Source: Bdellovibrio sp. (GTDB lineage: Bacteria > Bdellovibrionota > Bdellovibrionia > Bdellovibrionales > Bdellovibrionaceae). From it: 64,000 nt of DNA. Location of the stretch: the NCBI GenBank assembly GCA_043747495.1, contig JAYTPA010000109.1, positions 12,099 through 76,098 on the forward strand. Reading direction: 5' to 3'. The notes below the pieces were generated by a model. The model saw only the letters and a program-made list of their open reading frames with translations. It had not been told where the DNA came from and did no database searches. Both the position numbers and the translations under genes were made by a program. Below are positions 10,645 through 20,859 of the stretch, piece after piece. Every line of letters begins with the position of its first letter. Positions within the stretch are counted from its first letter, which is position 1.

Positions 10645-12903
10645 TTAGGCAACTGTCATTGGAATTTCTATGTACATTTTTGTTCCTGTTGAAAAGGGAG
10701 CAGATTTTGCGCCTGTATGAGTTGGTGTGTCAGCAGCCAATGCGCGAATAACGCCACCGTGGTCTTCGATAATACTTTTTACGATAGGTAAACCAAGCCC
10801 TGTGCCTTTTTCTTTCGTCGAAAAATAAGGCTCAAAAACTCTGACACGGTCTCGGATAGGAATACCAGGACCGTTATCCGTGATTGAAATTCGTGCAATT
10901 TTATGTTGAGAGCTATATTCAGAAGTCACAATGATAGCCTGCTCGGCCTGACCATGGATGGCTTGGATCGCATTCTCAATTAAATTAACAAAAACACGTT
11001 TTAACTGAGATGAATCAAATTTAAATTCAGGAAATGCCTGGTCATAGTTAAGGTCAAATTTTATTTCAGGATGGTTTTGAACGTACACATCAACAATTGA
11101 TTTTAGAACCTCGTTCAGCTTTCCCTGCACTGGTTTAAGTTGTGGCATACGCGCGAACTGGCTAAATTCATTCACTAAGTTTCGCATATCATCGACTTGA
11201 GACACGATCATTTGAATGGAGTCTTTAAACGCTTGATCTTGTATTTGTTCTCCGTATTTTCTAGAAATTCTTTCAGCAGCCAAACGAATTGGCGTTAAAG
11301 GATTTTTAATTTCATGAGCAATACGACGGGCGACTTCTGACCAAGCAGCAGCCCGCTGAGCATTTACAATTGGTGTCATATCATCAAACACCATGATGCG
11401 ACCGATTTCTTTTTGATTATCATCTTTTAGAATCGAAACATGAACCGATAAAGGAATGGCTTGTTGATCGATTTCAATTCTTATTTCTTTTTGTAAGCTT
11501 GTTAAATTACTTTCCTGCATGGTTTTAACAAACTGAGTAAATAATTTATAATTTTCTAAAGTTAAACACTGCTTGATAGGTTTACTGACGCAGTTACTTG
11601 GCTGTACGTTCAATAATTCGCCTGCACGACGATTCATTGTTGTGATTACGCCTGACATGTCCACTGATAAAACACCGGCACTGACATTGGCTAAAACAAT
11701 TTCTACATAATGTGTATACTGATTTAAATTTTTCAGAGTTTCTTGAAGTTCTAATTCCGATGCAGATAAGTTTGACGTCATTTGATTAAAATTTTGAATT
11801 AAACTGTTGATCTCTTGACTACCAGATTCAATTTCCAGCGGCGAATAATCCCCGCCAGCCACACGTTTTGTGGCCCGACCTAATTGCACCAAAGGAACTG
11901 ATAATTGTTTTGCTAAATAAAACCCGAACCAAACAGCAGCAAATAAAATAACCAAAGACATCACAATCTGCATAATAAAGTACATCGACTTTAACGGATT
12001 TTCGATCAAACTATTTGTTTGGAATTCCTGGTAAGCCCCAACAATATCATCAAATTTTGCACCTGGTGCTAGATTTAAAACTTTAGAGACAATTATAACA
12101 CCATTGACTGAGCCTTCACCACCACTGGCCTGCTTCATCGGAACCATTAGTCTTAATAAATGAGCATTAGAAAATATTTGAACATAGCTTGATTTGCTTT
12201 GATGAAGAAAACCTTTTTGTAGAAAATCTAAATGGGCCCGTGGCACTAAAAAAGAAATAGCTGCTGAATCTTGCGCGATCACACGTTCTGATAAAAGATC
12301 AGGATAATATTCAACAACATCTAGCTTGTAATTAGTCCTGATTTTTTTAAGTTGATCTTCAATATTTTTTAAAGAGTTTTTATTTTTTTGCTGAGTCGTT
12401 TTTTGAACAGCCTCAGCGATGACTTGGGCGTAATCGTAACCTTTCATTTTTTCATTGGCGATAAATGAGTCAATAACTTCAGAGGCATTTTTCAAAATAC
12501 CGATCATCCGCTGTGAAAACCACTTATCAAAACTACTATTGAGATAAAATACTGAGAGAATCAAAACCAGTGATGTCGGAATTACAGAAAATGTTGCAAA
12601 AGCGATAATCAATTTTGATTTGAGTGAGGATCCAAATATTTTCCCCCGTCGTTCAAGAAAAACTTTAACGATATTTCTAAATATTAAAAAAAGTAAAAAC
12701 AAAACGAGAACTAAATTGAAGTTCACTAGCCCGATAAAATAGATAACGTAAGGACTTGGTAAAGTTTGACCTGAGCGAAAAACATAAACTTCGACACCAA
12801 CTAAAAAAGCTAACAAAACCGACAGTGCAAAAATATAGAAAATCTCACGTTTTCTTTTTTGCTGTTCCTGTTCGTTCACATTTTTCTGTTTGTGTCTTGG
12901 CAT
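10645..12903 (-). CDS. ntrY: NtrY-like sensor histidine kinase (TM-HAMP-PAS-HisKA-HATPase)
   Basis: AAWSEVARRIAHEIKNPLTPIRLAAER, NLIENA, DNGPGI, FEPYFSTKEKGTGLGL. Confidence 0.92.
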   Translation of the reverse strand: MPRHKQKNVNEQEQQKRKREIFYIFALSVLLAFLVGVEVYVFRSGQTLPSPYVIYFIGLVNFNLVLVLFLLFLIFRNIVKVFLERRGKIFGSSLKSKLIIAFATFSVIPTSLVLILSVFYLNSSFDKWFSQRMIGILKNASEVIDSFIANEKMKGYDYAQVIAEAVQKTTQQKNKNSLKNIEDQLKKIRTNYKLDVVEYYPDLLSERVIAQDSAAISFLVPRAHLDFLQKGFLHQSKSSYVQIFSNAHLLRLMVPMKQASGGEGSVNGVIIVSKVLNLAPGAKFDDIVGAYQEFQTNSLIENPLKSMYFIMQIVMSLVILFAAVWFGFYLAKQLSVPLVQLGRATKRVAGGDYSPLEIESGSQEINSLIQNFNQMTSNLSASELELQETLKNLNQYTHYVEIVLANVSAGVLSVDMSGVITTMNRRAGELLNVQPSNCVSKPIKQCLTLENYKLFTQFVKTMQESNLTSLQKEIRIEIDQQAIPLSVHVSILKDDNQKEIGRIMVFDDMTPIVNAQRAAAWSEVARRIAHEIKNPLTPIRLAAERISRKYGEQIQDQAFKDSIQMIVSQVDDMRNLVNEFSQFARMPQLKPVQGKLNEVLKSIVDVYVQNHPEIKFDLNYDQAFPEFKFDSSQLKRVFVNLIENAIQAIHGQAEQAIIVTSEYSSQHKIARISITDNGPGIPIRDRVRVFEPYFSTKEKGTGLGLPIVKSIIEDHGGVIRALAADTPTHTGAKSAPFSTGTKMYIEIPMTVA

Positions 12904-12906
12904 GTC

Positions 12907-13401
12907 CTATTTTTTCTTTATTTCAGCCAGAAGTCCAACCATCTCTAGAGCAGCGCGCGCTGCTTCAATTCCCTTATGGCCATGACGTCCGCCGACGCGG
13001 TCTTTAGCTTGTTCCTCATTCTCTGTTGTAAGAACCCCGAAGGCCACTGGTTTTTTATAATCCAGCATCAGCCTAGAACAATTTCTTTCAACAGAACGAC
13101 AGACCTCTTCGTAATGCGTGGTTTCTCCGCGAATGACAGCCCCTAAAACAATAACAGCATCAACATTCTGATATTCAAATAAAGCCTGCGCAGCTAAAGG
13201 GATTTCAACGGCACCTGGAACGCGAACAGAAAATATTTCGACCGGACATGATTCTAAGAAATCTAGCGTGCCATTTTCAAGGGGTGCAGTAATTTCTTCG
13301 TTAAAACGTGAAGTTACTACACCGATCTTGATTTTCTTTACTGAAGATTTTACTTTTGTTTTTGATTTTTTAGCAGCAGTTGTTTTTTTCTTATTTTTCA
13401 T
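12907..13401 (-). CDS. ribH: 6,7-dimethyl-8-ribityllumazine synthase
   Basis: SRFNEEIT, VPGAVEIP, LGAVIRGETTHYE, FGVLTTEN; start reassigned to ATG 13401 overlapping the ribB end. Confidence 0.96.
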   Translation of the reverse strand: MKNKKKTTAAKKSKTKVKSSVKKIKIGVVTSRFNEEITAPLENGTLDFLESCPVEIFSVRVPGAVEIPLAAQALFEYQNVDAVIVLGAVIRGETTHYEEVCRSVERNCSRLMLDYKKPVAFGVLTTENEEQAKDRVGGRHGHKGIEAARAALEMVGLLAEIKKK

Positions 13402-14005
13402 TTTTTTTCCTGTAGTCAATGAGATCTGCAATTGTTCCGATTTTGATATTGTGTTTTTGTGAAAATTTTTTCAGATCATCTAATCTAGACATCGTGCCAT
13501 CATCATTGATAACTTCACAAATGACACTGGCAGGATTCAATTCGCACAAAATCGCTAAATCAATACTGGCCTCGGTGTGACCGGCCCGGCCTAACACGCC
13601 TGCGCTATTAGCTTTCAGCGGGAAAATATGCCCTGGGCAAATCACGTCAGTTGGTAAGGCTTTTGGATTTGAAGCGATTTTAATTGTGTGAGCGCGGTCC
13701 TGAGCTGAAATACCTGTGGTGACACCATGACTTGCTTCGATGCTCATAGTGAACGCTGTTTCAGTTGAACCTGATTTGTGAAATTCAGATCGCATCATGG
13801 GAATTTTTAATTTTTCGATTTGTTGAGATGTCAGCGATAAACAAATTAATCCGCGAGCTTCCTTCGCCATAAAATTAACAGCTTCCGGAGTAATAAATTC
13901 GGCAGCGATCACAAGATCACCTTCGTTCTCACGATCTTCGTCATCGACAAGAATCACAAAACGACCCTGTTTGAAATCTGCTAATATTTCACTAGTTGTA
14001 TTCAT
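13391..14005 (-). CDS. ribB: 3,4-dihydroxy-2-butanone 4-phosphate synthase (stand-alone, no RibA domain)
   Basis: DDEDRENEGDL, TAFTMSI, TTGISAQDR, PGHIFPL, RAGHTEA. Confidence 0.97.
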   Translation of the reverse strand: MNTTSEILADFKQGRFVILVDDEDRENEGDLVIAAEFITPEAVNFMAKEARGLICLSLTSQQIEKLKIPMMRSEFHKSGSTETAFTMSIEASHGVTTGISAQDRAHTIKIASNPKALPTDVICPGHIFPLKANSAGVLGRAGHTEASIDLAILCELNPASVICEVINDDGTMSRLDDLKKFSQKHNIKIGTIADLIDYRKKNEK

Positions 14006-14607
14006 AACGGCTTAGCCTTTTCGTGTTGGTTGGCAATATATCTAGCTAGATAATCACACTCTAAAGAAATAAATTCATGGGCTTGGTATTCAGCTAAATT
14101 AGTCGCTTTAACTGTTTCAGGAATCAAGCATAAGTGAATGATGCCGTCATCTGACACATTATTCACAGTTAAACTGACTCCATTAATACAAGCCGATCCT
14201 TTTTGCCAAAAATAATTTTGCAACGACTGAGGAACCTGGATTTCTAGAAACCAGTTATCACCTTGTTGAAATGTTTTTTTAATTTCAGCCGTCGCATCGA
14301 CGTGTCCTGTCACTAAATGACCGTGTACACGATCACCAAAACGCAAAGATCGTTCAAGGTTTAATTTATATTTTTTCCAGTTGTTAAAATGGCTACCTAA
14401 AACTTTCAAGGTTTCAGCTGCCAAACAAAACTGAATTATTTTTTCATCAAATTTTTCAATCGTTAGACAAACACCGTTTGTACAAATACTGTCGCCGATT
14501 TTAAGATCGTCAAAATGAACAGGTCGTTCAATTTGAATGCGTAAAGCTTGGTTAAGCTCTTCAGTTTTAATGATTTTTGATTGCGCTTCGACGATTCCTG
14601 AAAACAT
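14002..14607 (-). CDS. ribE: Riboflavin synthase alpha chain
   Basis: MFSGIVE N-terminus (start set to ATG 14607), GDSICTNGVCLT, NLERSL, GHLVTGHVD, NGVSLTV. Confidence 0.97.
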   Translation of the reverse strand: MFSGIVEAQSKIIKTEELNQALRIQIERPVHFDDLKIGDSICTNGVCLTIEKFDEKIIQFCLAAETLKVLGSHFNNWKKYKLNLERSLRFGDRVHGHLVTGHVDATAEIKKTFQQGDNWFLEIQVPQSLQNYFWQKGSACINGVSLTVNNVSDDGIIHLCLIPETVKATNLAEYQAHEFISLECDYLARYIANQHEKAKPL

Positions 14608-14623
14608 AGTGACTTGGTTTAAC

Positions 14624-14654
14624 AAAAAAAAAAGGAGCTGTCGTGGGCTCCCTT
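14624..14654 (-). terminator. Rho-independent terminator after the 14708-15802 gene
   Basis: Minus strand AAGGGAGC-ccacgaca-GCTCCTTT inside a run of 10 T. Confidence 0.7.
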
Positions 14655-14707
14655 ATATTTCACATTTATAGCGCACAGCGGCTAATGACAGCTGGCAATC
14701 TTAAAAC

Positions 14708-15802
14708 CTATTTTTTCTTTTTTACTGGAGCCGGTGGTTCATAAAGCTTATGAACACGCGCTAAAGCACCAATTTCCATTGTTTCGTCTTCTTTGGGATT
14801 AAGTACTTTTGCGACTGAATACATATCACCAGCCTCAACTACTTCAACGATCCATGGATCTCTGGTTACAGATACTGAACCCACAAGTATACTTGAATCA
14901 CCGCAAGCTTCACCCATCCAATCGTGAACTTCGTTTTCAACTTTAATTTGATCGCCAGCTTTTAAACCTAATTCAGCGCCACCTAAAAGAACAACTTGAG
15001 TGTCATAGTTGGCAACAACACGAGTCTGCCATTCTTGTCGGCCCGTATTTAATAAAGCTTGCGCCAAGCTTTGAACTGATTTTTTTAATGCTTTTAAAGT
15101 GAGTTCTGCCATACCAGTTACGCGGTAAAAATTTAAACCAATGTTAACAGGGCCTAACGGAATACCTACACCACCGCTGTAGTCATTTTTAAATTCTTCA
15201 ACGTTAACGGCTTGTTGTTGTGCCATTGTCCACGGACTGTAAGATTTAAAACTTAAATCCATGCGCATTTTATCTAATTTTAAATTTCCAGAAATCGGAA
15301 TTGGCACTGCAGTTGTTTGATTAAAACCGAAAGAAATTCCTCCGCCCGAATGCGCTTCTAGAGCATTAATTTTTCCATGGATTAAGTGTTGTGGTCTTGT
15401 AACTAAACACCAAGACTCTTTAGTAAATAAAACATCTTGTGATTTCGCAGATGGAAACCATGTTTTCATTTGACGAGCTAATTGCTGATCTTGAGAGGAA
15501 ACTTTCTGCATACCTATACCAGGCATTGGAGTTACATTGTCTGCAAGAGGATAAACATTTCGTTCATAAAAATGATTTGACTGAAATAATACACCAGACA
15601 ATTGGGTTTGGGCTACTTCTGAGAAACTGAATGCTGGAGTATCCATAAAGTTAGAAGCTTCAACACCGATAATTTTCACATTCTTTTTTAGTCTGCGGCC
15701 TGTATCTGCTTGTTGTTCACATTTTTCATTACCCATTAATAAACCGGCTAATAAAACGCATGATACTGTTTTCATAATCTGTTTTTTGCCAAACTGTGAC
15801 AT
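14708..15802 (-). CDS. Exported/lipoprotein-like protein, CsgG/FlgT-like architecture
   Basis: SD AAGGAG before ATG 15802; hydrophobic signal ending LLMGNEKC; C-terminal LLGGAELGLKAGDQIKV resembles FlgT C-terminal beta domains (fold call is inference). Confidence 0.55.
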   Translation of the reverse strand: MSQFGKKQIMKTVSCVLLAGLLMGNEKCEQQADTGRRLKKNVKIIGVEASNFMDTPAFSFSEVAQTQLSGVLFQSNHFYERNVYPLADNVTPMPGIGMQKVSSQDQQLARQMKTWFPSAKSQDVLFTKESWCLVTRPQHLIHGKINALEAHSGGGISFGFNQTTAVPIPISGNLKLDKMRMDLSFKSYSPWTMAQQQAVNVEEFKNDYSGGVGIPLGPVNIGLNFYRVTGMAELTLKALKKSVQSLAQALLNTGRQEWQTRVVANYDTQVVLLGGAELGLKAGDQIKVENEVHDWMGEACGDSSILVGSVSVTRDPWIVEVVEAGDMYSVAKVLNPKEDETMEIGALARVHKLYEPPAPVKKKK

Positions 15803-15820
15803 ATAAGTCTCCTTAAAAGG

Positions 15821-15887
15821 TCTAGTTCGGCAACTACAAGAATACCTAGACACACATCTAGTTCGGTAGACGTTGGTCGGGTCTTGA
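15821..15887 (-). promoter_or_regulatory. Tandem sigma28 (FliA)-like promoters
   Basis: TCAAG-N15-ACCGAACT and TCTAG-N14-GCCGAACT; direct repeat CCGAACTAGA at 36-nt spacing. Confidence 0.55.
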
Positions 15888-15984
15888 GGGTTTATTAATA
15901 AATTTAAAAACTATCCAGCTGATTTTTAAATAAGTTTAAAAAAGTGAACAGTTTTTTTACAGGACTTTTGAAATAGGTTGTCTG

Positions 15985-16494
15985 TTATTTACCGAAACTA
16001 GTATTCCCTGAAATACTGACGAAATAATTCACATCTTCGTCTTTCAAGGCTTCACCGTCTGAATTTACACGGGGTTTATCGTATTTTAAATATTTTGCAC
16101 CGGCGCTCATACCAAAACCACCAGCATTAAAACCTAAACCTGCTTCTGCAGTGGCCGCATTGTATTCTGAAATACTTGTCCAACGATAACCAGGTCCTAA
16201 AAAGAAATTAGCTCCGCCACCACCTTGAAATTGCGTTCTCAAAACTAAACGTAATGATGAGTCTAAACCAGTCACTTCTTTAATTTTACTGCCTGTGCGC
16301 TGAAATCCTGAATTTCTCCAAGTGAGCCAGTCGGTGAAATTTAAATTCACACCTAAGTGAACTTCTTGATAGGTGTTTCCATTATTAGTTCCCGTTGATC
16401 CACCTATATCACCTGTGATGAGTGAAACTTTTCTTTGAGCCTGTGCTGATAAGGCAATAAAACTGATTAAAAGTAAAACTGTTAGTTTGTGCAT
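15985..16494 (-). CDS. Secreted protein, probable small outer-membrane beta-barrel
   Basis: Sec signal (ALSAQA), alternating Gly/aromatic amphipathic strands. Confidence 0.55.
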   Translation of the reverse strand: MHKLTVLLLISFIALSAQAQRKVSLITGDIGGSTGTNNGNTYQEVHLGVNLNFTDWLTWRNSGFQRTGSKIKEVTGLDSSLRLVLRTQFQGGGGANFFLGPGYRWTSISEYNAATAEAGLGFNAGGFGMSAGAKYLKYDKPRVNSDGEALKDEDVNYFVSISGNTSFGK

Positions 16495-16503
16495 AATATG
16501 TCC

Positions 16504-19074
16504 TTAGCTATCAAAAGTGATTTGATTATTTTGATAGTTTAATTTTACCACAGAATCAGATTTTATTTCACCAGCAATCATTTTTTTTGCTAAAGGATTT
16601 AAGACTTCTGTCTGGATAAGACGCTTTAAAGGTCTTGCGCCGAAGACAGGATCAAATCCCTTTTCACCTAACCAATTTATAAGATTGTCTGAAAAATGAA
16701 TTTGAATATTTTTTTGCTGAAGTCTGGCCACAACTTGCTGCAATTGAATTTTAACGATTTCACAAATGTTCGCTTGATCTAAAGAAGCAAACTCAACAAC
16801 ATCATCAATGCGATTTAAAAATTCAGGTCTAAAAAAAGCTTTTAATGCCTCCTGAATTGAGTTTGCATTTTTTGCTTGAATTGTTGTTCCTAAATTAGAT
16901 GTCATCACAATTACACAATTTTTAAAATCAACTGTACGACCTTGTCCGTCAGTTAAACGGCCTTCGTCTAATAATTGTAATAGAATATTAAACACATCTG
17001 GATGGGCTTTTTCAATTTCATCCATTAAAATAACTGAATAGGGTTTTCGTCTGACGACTTCTGTCAGCTGACCACCTTCTTCGTAACCCACATACCCAGG
17101 AGGCGCGCCAATTAATCTTGCGACTGAATGTTTCTCCATGTATTCAGACATATCAATTCTGACCACGGACTGCGGATCATCAAATAAAAATTCTGCTAAG
17201 GCCTTAACAGTTTCTGTTTTACCAACGCCTGTTGGACCCACGAAAATAAAAGCACCAATTGGACGGTTCGGATCACCGATTTCAGCTCGTGATCTACGAA
17301 TCGCATCTGAAATAACTTCTAAAGCTTTATTTTGGCCAATCACTTTTTGCTGAAGTGATTTTTCCATGTGTAGTAATTTCTGTGATTCACTTTCTAACAT
17401 TTTACTGACAGGAATATGCGTCCATTTAGAAACGATATAGGCAATGTCTTCTGCGTCGACTTTTTCTTTTAAAATAGAACCTGATTTATTTTTTAAAATA
17501 TCTTCTAAGTTTTTTAATTTATTTTCTTGTTCTGGCAACTGTCCATATTTTAATTTTGCTGCTTTTTCATATTGAGCTTCACGTTCGGCAATCGAAATAT
17601 CATTTCGAAGGTGTTCGATTTCTGATTTAATTTTTTTAATCTGGTCAATTTGGCCACGTTCGAAATTCCATTTTTCACGAATGGCTTGGGCTTTAACTGT
17701 CATTTCAGCTAGTTCAGTACTGATTTTTTCTTTTCTTTCTAATGATTGTTTATCAGTTTCTTTTTTTAAAGCTTCGATTTCAATTTTATGGCTTAAAATT
17801 TTTCTCTCGATTTCATCGACTTCTTCAGGGACACTGCGGTTTTCAATCCCTAATTTACTTGCAGCTTCGTCAATTAAATCAATAGCTTTATCGGGTAAAA
17901 ACCGATTCGTAATATAACGGTGTGATAATTTAGCCGCGGCGACCAAGGCCCCATCAGTGATTTGTACACCATGATGAACTTCGTATTTTTCTTTTAATCC
18001 ACGAAGAATCGTAATTGTTTCGTCAATTGATGGTTCGTCAACAATCACAGTTTGAAAACGTCTTTCTAAAGCTGCGTCTTTTTCGACGTACTGTTTGTAT
18101 TCATCTAAAGTTGTTGCCCCTATACAGCGTAATTCACCACGCGATAATGCCGGTTTTAATAATTGCCCTGCGTCCATAGCGCCGTCGCCTTTACCTGCGC
18201 CGACTAAGGTGTGTAATTCATCAATAAATAAAATAATTTCACCGCTACTTGCGGTGACTTCTTTAATAACAGCTTTTAAACGGTCTTCAAATTCGCCGCG
18301 GTACTTTGCGCCTGCGATTAAAGATCCCATATCTAAAGACATTAATTTTTTACCTAATATATTGTCTGGAACGTCTCGTTTAATGATTCGAATCGCCAAG
18401 CCTTCGGCAATAGCCGTTTTACCAACACCTGGTTCACCTATGAGGACTGGATTATTTTTTGTTCGGCGTGAAAGCACTTGAATCACACGACGAATTTCTT
18501 CATCACGACCAATGACAGGGTCTAGTTTACCTTCTGCTGCCAATGCCGTTAAATCTTTAGCGTATTTATTTAAAACTTCATATTGGTTTTCTGGATTATC
18601 GTTAGTCACTTTTTGATGGCCTCGTATTTTTTGAATTGTGGCTTCTATCGTTTTTTGCTGGATTTTATTTTCCTGCAACCATTTTTTAATTGATGCATCG
18701 TCTGATTTAAAAAGTCCTAAAAGAAAATGTTCTGTAGATATTAGTTCGTCTTCCATCCCAACGGCTACATTATTGGCTAGACTAAATAATTTTTGCAGTC
18801 TAGCGCTTGCATAAATATTACTTTGTGCTGTTGATAGCTGAGGAAAAGCTAATATCAGCTTTCGAAGACCGGCTAGTAAACTGGCCTGCTGAAAGCCAGA
18901 CTGCTGCAGAACCCTTGGAACTACACCTTCGTGCTGCTCTATCAGTTCAATCAATAGATGTTCTGGCTCAACCGTTGAATTCTTGTGCTGTTCCGCAAGT
19001 TTAGCGGCAGCCTGCATGGCTTCTTGGCTTTTTCGGGTCATTTTTTGAATATCACGGTTAAAATCGCTGGCCAT
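16504..19074 (-). CDS. clpB: ATP-dependent disaggregase ClpB
   Basis: Two AAA+ modules ([16 protein letters not shown]), [13 protein letters not shown], coiled-coil middle domain, FGARPLKR; start set to ATG 19074 after AGAGG. Confidence 0.98.
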   Translation of the reverse strand: MASDFNRDIQKMTRKSQEAMQAAAKLAEQHKNSTVEPEHLLIELIEQHEGVVPRVLQQSGFQQASLLAGLRKLILAFPQLSTAQSNIYASARLQKLFSLANNVAVGMEDELISTEHFLLGLFKSDDASIKKWLQENKIQQKTIEATIQKIRGHQKVTNDNPENQYEVLNKYAKDLTALAAEGKLDPVIGRDEEIRRVIQVLSRRTKNNPVLIGEPGVGKTAIAEGLAIRIIKRDVPDNILGKKLMSLDMGSLIAGAKYRGEFEDRLKAVIKEVTASSGEIILFIDELHTLVGAGKGDGAMDAGQLLKPALSRGELRCIGATTLDEYKQYVEKDAALERRFQTVIVDEPSIDETITILRGLKEKYEVHHGVQITDGALVAAAKLSHRYITNRFLPDKAIDLIDEAASKLGIENRSVPEEVDEIERKILSHKIEIEALKKETDKQSLERKEKISTELAEMTVKAQAIREKWNFERGQIDQIKKIKSEIEHLRNDISIAEREAQYEKAAKLKYGQLPEQENKLKNLEDILKNKSGSILKEKVDAEDIAYIVSKWTHIPVSKMLESESQKLLHMEKSLQQKVIGQNKALEVISDAIRRSRAEIGDPNRPIGAFIFVGPTGVGKTETVKALAEFLFDDPQSVVRIDMSEYMEKHSVARLIGAPPGYVGYEEGGQLTEVVRRKPYSVILMDEIEKAHPDVFNILLQLLDEGRLTDGQGRTVDFKNCVIVMTSNLGTTIQAKNANSIQEALKAFFRPEFLNRIDDVVEFASLDQANICEIVKIQLQQVVARLQQKNIQIHFSDNLINWLGEKGFDPVFGARPLKRLIQTEVLNPLAKKMIAGEIKSDSVVKLNYQNNQITFDS

Positions 19075-19140
19075 ATAAACCTCTAGTCTTAAACATGAGT
19101 CATACCTTGAAAATGTCAATGATCGGCTTTACAAATAAAC

Positions 19141-19374
19141 ATGGCCAAAACACCAGCTCGAATAAGACCAACTATTAAAAAAGACCCGATCAAGGCTTCA
19201 GACTACCTTCAATACAACTTACCTATCTGCTGTGAAGACTGTTCGCATTTCAAAGCCACTGACGAAAGCTGCACACTAGGTTTTAAAACAGAACCCCATC
19301 TTAAAAGAAATATTGAAAAATCCTACTCTATGTCTGGCAAAGTGGCCCTGTGTCGCTTCTTAGAAATAGATTAA
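19141..19374 (+). CDS. Small Cys/His-rich hypothetical protein (putative metal binder)
   Basis: CCEDCSHF..C..H..C pattern; 77 aa; divergent from clpB. Confidence 0.65.
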   Translation: MAKTPARIRPTIKKDPIKASDYLQYNLPICCEDCSHFKATDESCTLGFKTEPHLKRNIEKSYSMSGKVALCRFLEID

Positions 19375-19594
19375 TCTAGTTATTCATTTTCAGTCTTACA
19401 TTCAATCTGAAATTTTGACTCTGACTTGACCAGACAAAAAACTGATCTTGAAAAAATAGAGGCAGACTAACATCACGTAGACTAGCTTGAGAGCCAGTCA
19501 AGTCCTAAGACTGAAGTTGTGAAATCAATACTTTCAGAGGGAAAAACCACTCAACAAAAAATATTTATTTGTTAAAAACTATTCTTGTGTCCTG

Positions 19595-19621
19595 TCAAGA
19601 AACCCACAGCTGTACCGAAAA
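19595..19621 (+). promoter_or_regulatory. sigma28 (FliA) promoter of flagellin
   Basis: TCAAG-N14-ACCGAAAA versus consensus TAAAG-N14-GCCGATAA; upstream of a flagellin gene. Confidence 0.75.
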
Positions 19622-19627
19622 ATAACG

Positions 19628-19883
19628 TAACAACAAATCTATGAGACTGGATGTCTCTAAGAGCAGTCACAAAAATTTCTGTGATGCTCTCAATCTTTTG
19701 AAAGGAGGATTCACGGATGAGTTAAGGACGAACTAAAAATTTAAGGACGATTAAATTTATCGCATCAATGTCGTTGTGACAAAGATGCAAATAACGGACT
19801 GCTTGGATGCAATCCATAAAAAATTTCACGGAAGGTCAATTATATGAAAACTAAAAATTAAAAAATTATAAACGGAGTTTAAA
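19628..19883 (+). promoter_or_regulatory. Long flagellin 5' leader with multiple CsrA-type GGA stem-loops
   Basis: GGA at 19649, 19704, 19707, 19715, 19726, 19745, 19796, 19805, 19830 and 19874 (SD), several in hairpin loops. Confidence 0.65.
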
Positions 19884-20714
19884 ATGGGATTAAGAATATC
19901 AACAAATGTAGCTGCAATCAATACACAACGTAATTTAGCCAACAGCCAAAGAATGATGCTAAGTTCATCTGCTCAGTTAGCGAGTGGATCACGTATTAAC
20001 AAAGCTGCGGATGATGCCGCTGGGTTAGCGATTTCCGAAACAATGCGCGGTCAAATTAGATCAGCAATTCAAGCAAGACGTAATGCAAACGATGGTATCT
20101 CATTAGTGCAAACGGCAGAAGGTGGACTAGGTGAGGTTTCAAACATTCTTATTCGTATGAGAGAGTTAGGAATCCAAGCTTCATCTGATACTATAGGTGA
20201 TAACGAAAGAGCATTAGTCCAAACAGAAATTTCACAATTAAAAGATGAAGTTAATCGTATCGCAAAATCAACACGTTGGAATTCAACTAATTTATTAGAT
20301 GGTTCTTCACCGACTTTTGATTTCCAAATTGGTATCTTCGCAACTGAGAATGATAAAATCACTTTTGATGCATCAAAGAATGTTTCAACAGCTGATTCTT
20401 TAGGAATTCAAGACATTGATTATTCAACTCGTAATGGCGCAAGAGGATCGATCGAAACAATTGAATTAGCTCAACAAAGTGTGAACAGCATGAGAGCCAA
20501 TCTTGGTGCCTTACAAAATCGTATGACTTCAACAGTGGATACATTAGCAATCACTGAAGAGAATTTAGCTGCTGCCAATTCACGTATCCGTGACACTGAC
20601 GTAGCTCAAGCGACTTCAGAAATGACACGTAACCAAGTTTTACTACAAGCAGGGACCGCGACTTTAGCACAAGCTAATCAGTCGACACAGCTTGCACTAA
20701 AATTGATTGGTTAA
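19884..20714 (+). CDS. fliC: Flagellin (short type, 276 aa)
   Basis: MGLRISTN, LASGSRINKAADDAAGLAI, NANDGISLVQTAEG, RANLGALQNR, SRIRDTDVA, LAQANQ. Confidence 0.99.
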   Translation: MGLRISTNVAAINTQRNLANSQRMMLSSSAQLASGSRINKAADDAAGLAISETMRGQIRSAIQARRNANDGISLVQTAEGGLGEVSNILIRMRELGIQASSDTIGDNERALVQTEISQLKDEVNRIAKSTRWNSTNLLDGSSPTFDFQIGIFATENDKITFDASKNVSTADSLGIQDIDYSTRNGARGSIETIELAQQSVNSMRANLGALQNRMTSTVDTLAITEENLAAANSRIRDTDVAQATSEMTRNQVLLQAGTATLAQANQSTQLALKLIG

Positions 20715-20759
20715 TGGATTGACTAGTTAATTAAAAAAAATTGTCAAAGATTTCGACGC

Positions 20760-20793
20760 AAAAAGGGCTGATTCACAATCAGCCCTTTTTTTT
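20760..20793 (+). terminator. Rho-independent terminator of fliC
   Basis: AAAAAGGGCTGATT-cac-AATCAGCCCTTTTTTTT. Confidence 0.92.
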
Positions 20794-20809
20794 GTCTATG
20801 TTATTCATA

Positions 20810-20837
20810 TTAAGTTCACCAGACCTTTGTCCGAAAA
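20810..20837 (+). promoter_or_regulatory. sigma28-like promoter
   Basis: TTAAG-N15-TCCGAAAA just upstream of the SD (GAGGTG) and ATG 20860. Confidence 0.5.
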
Positions 20838-20859
20838 GATAACTAACACAGAGGTGCTT

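Noticed and set aside
14608-14707. FMN riboswitch upstream of the rib genes
   Set aside because: Too short and lacks RFN conserved motifs; only a terminator hairpin is present
19075-19140. CIRCE/HrcA operator upstream of clpB
   Set aside because: No TTAGCACTC-N9-GAGTGCTAA match
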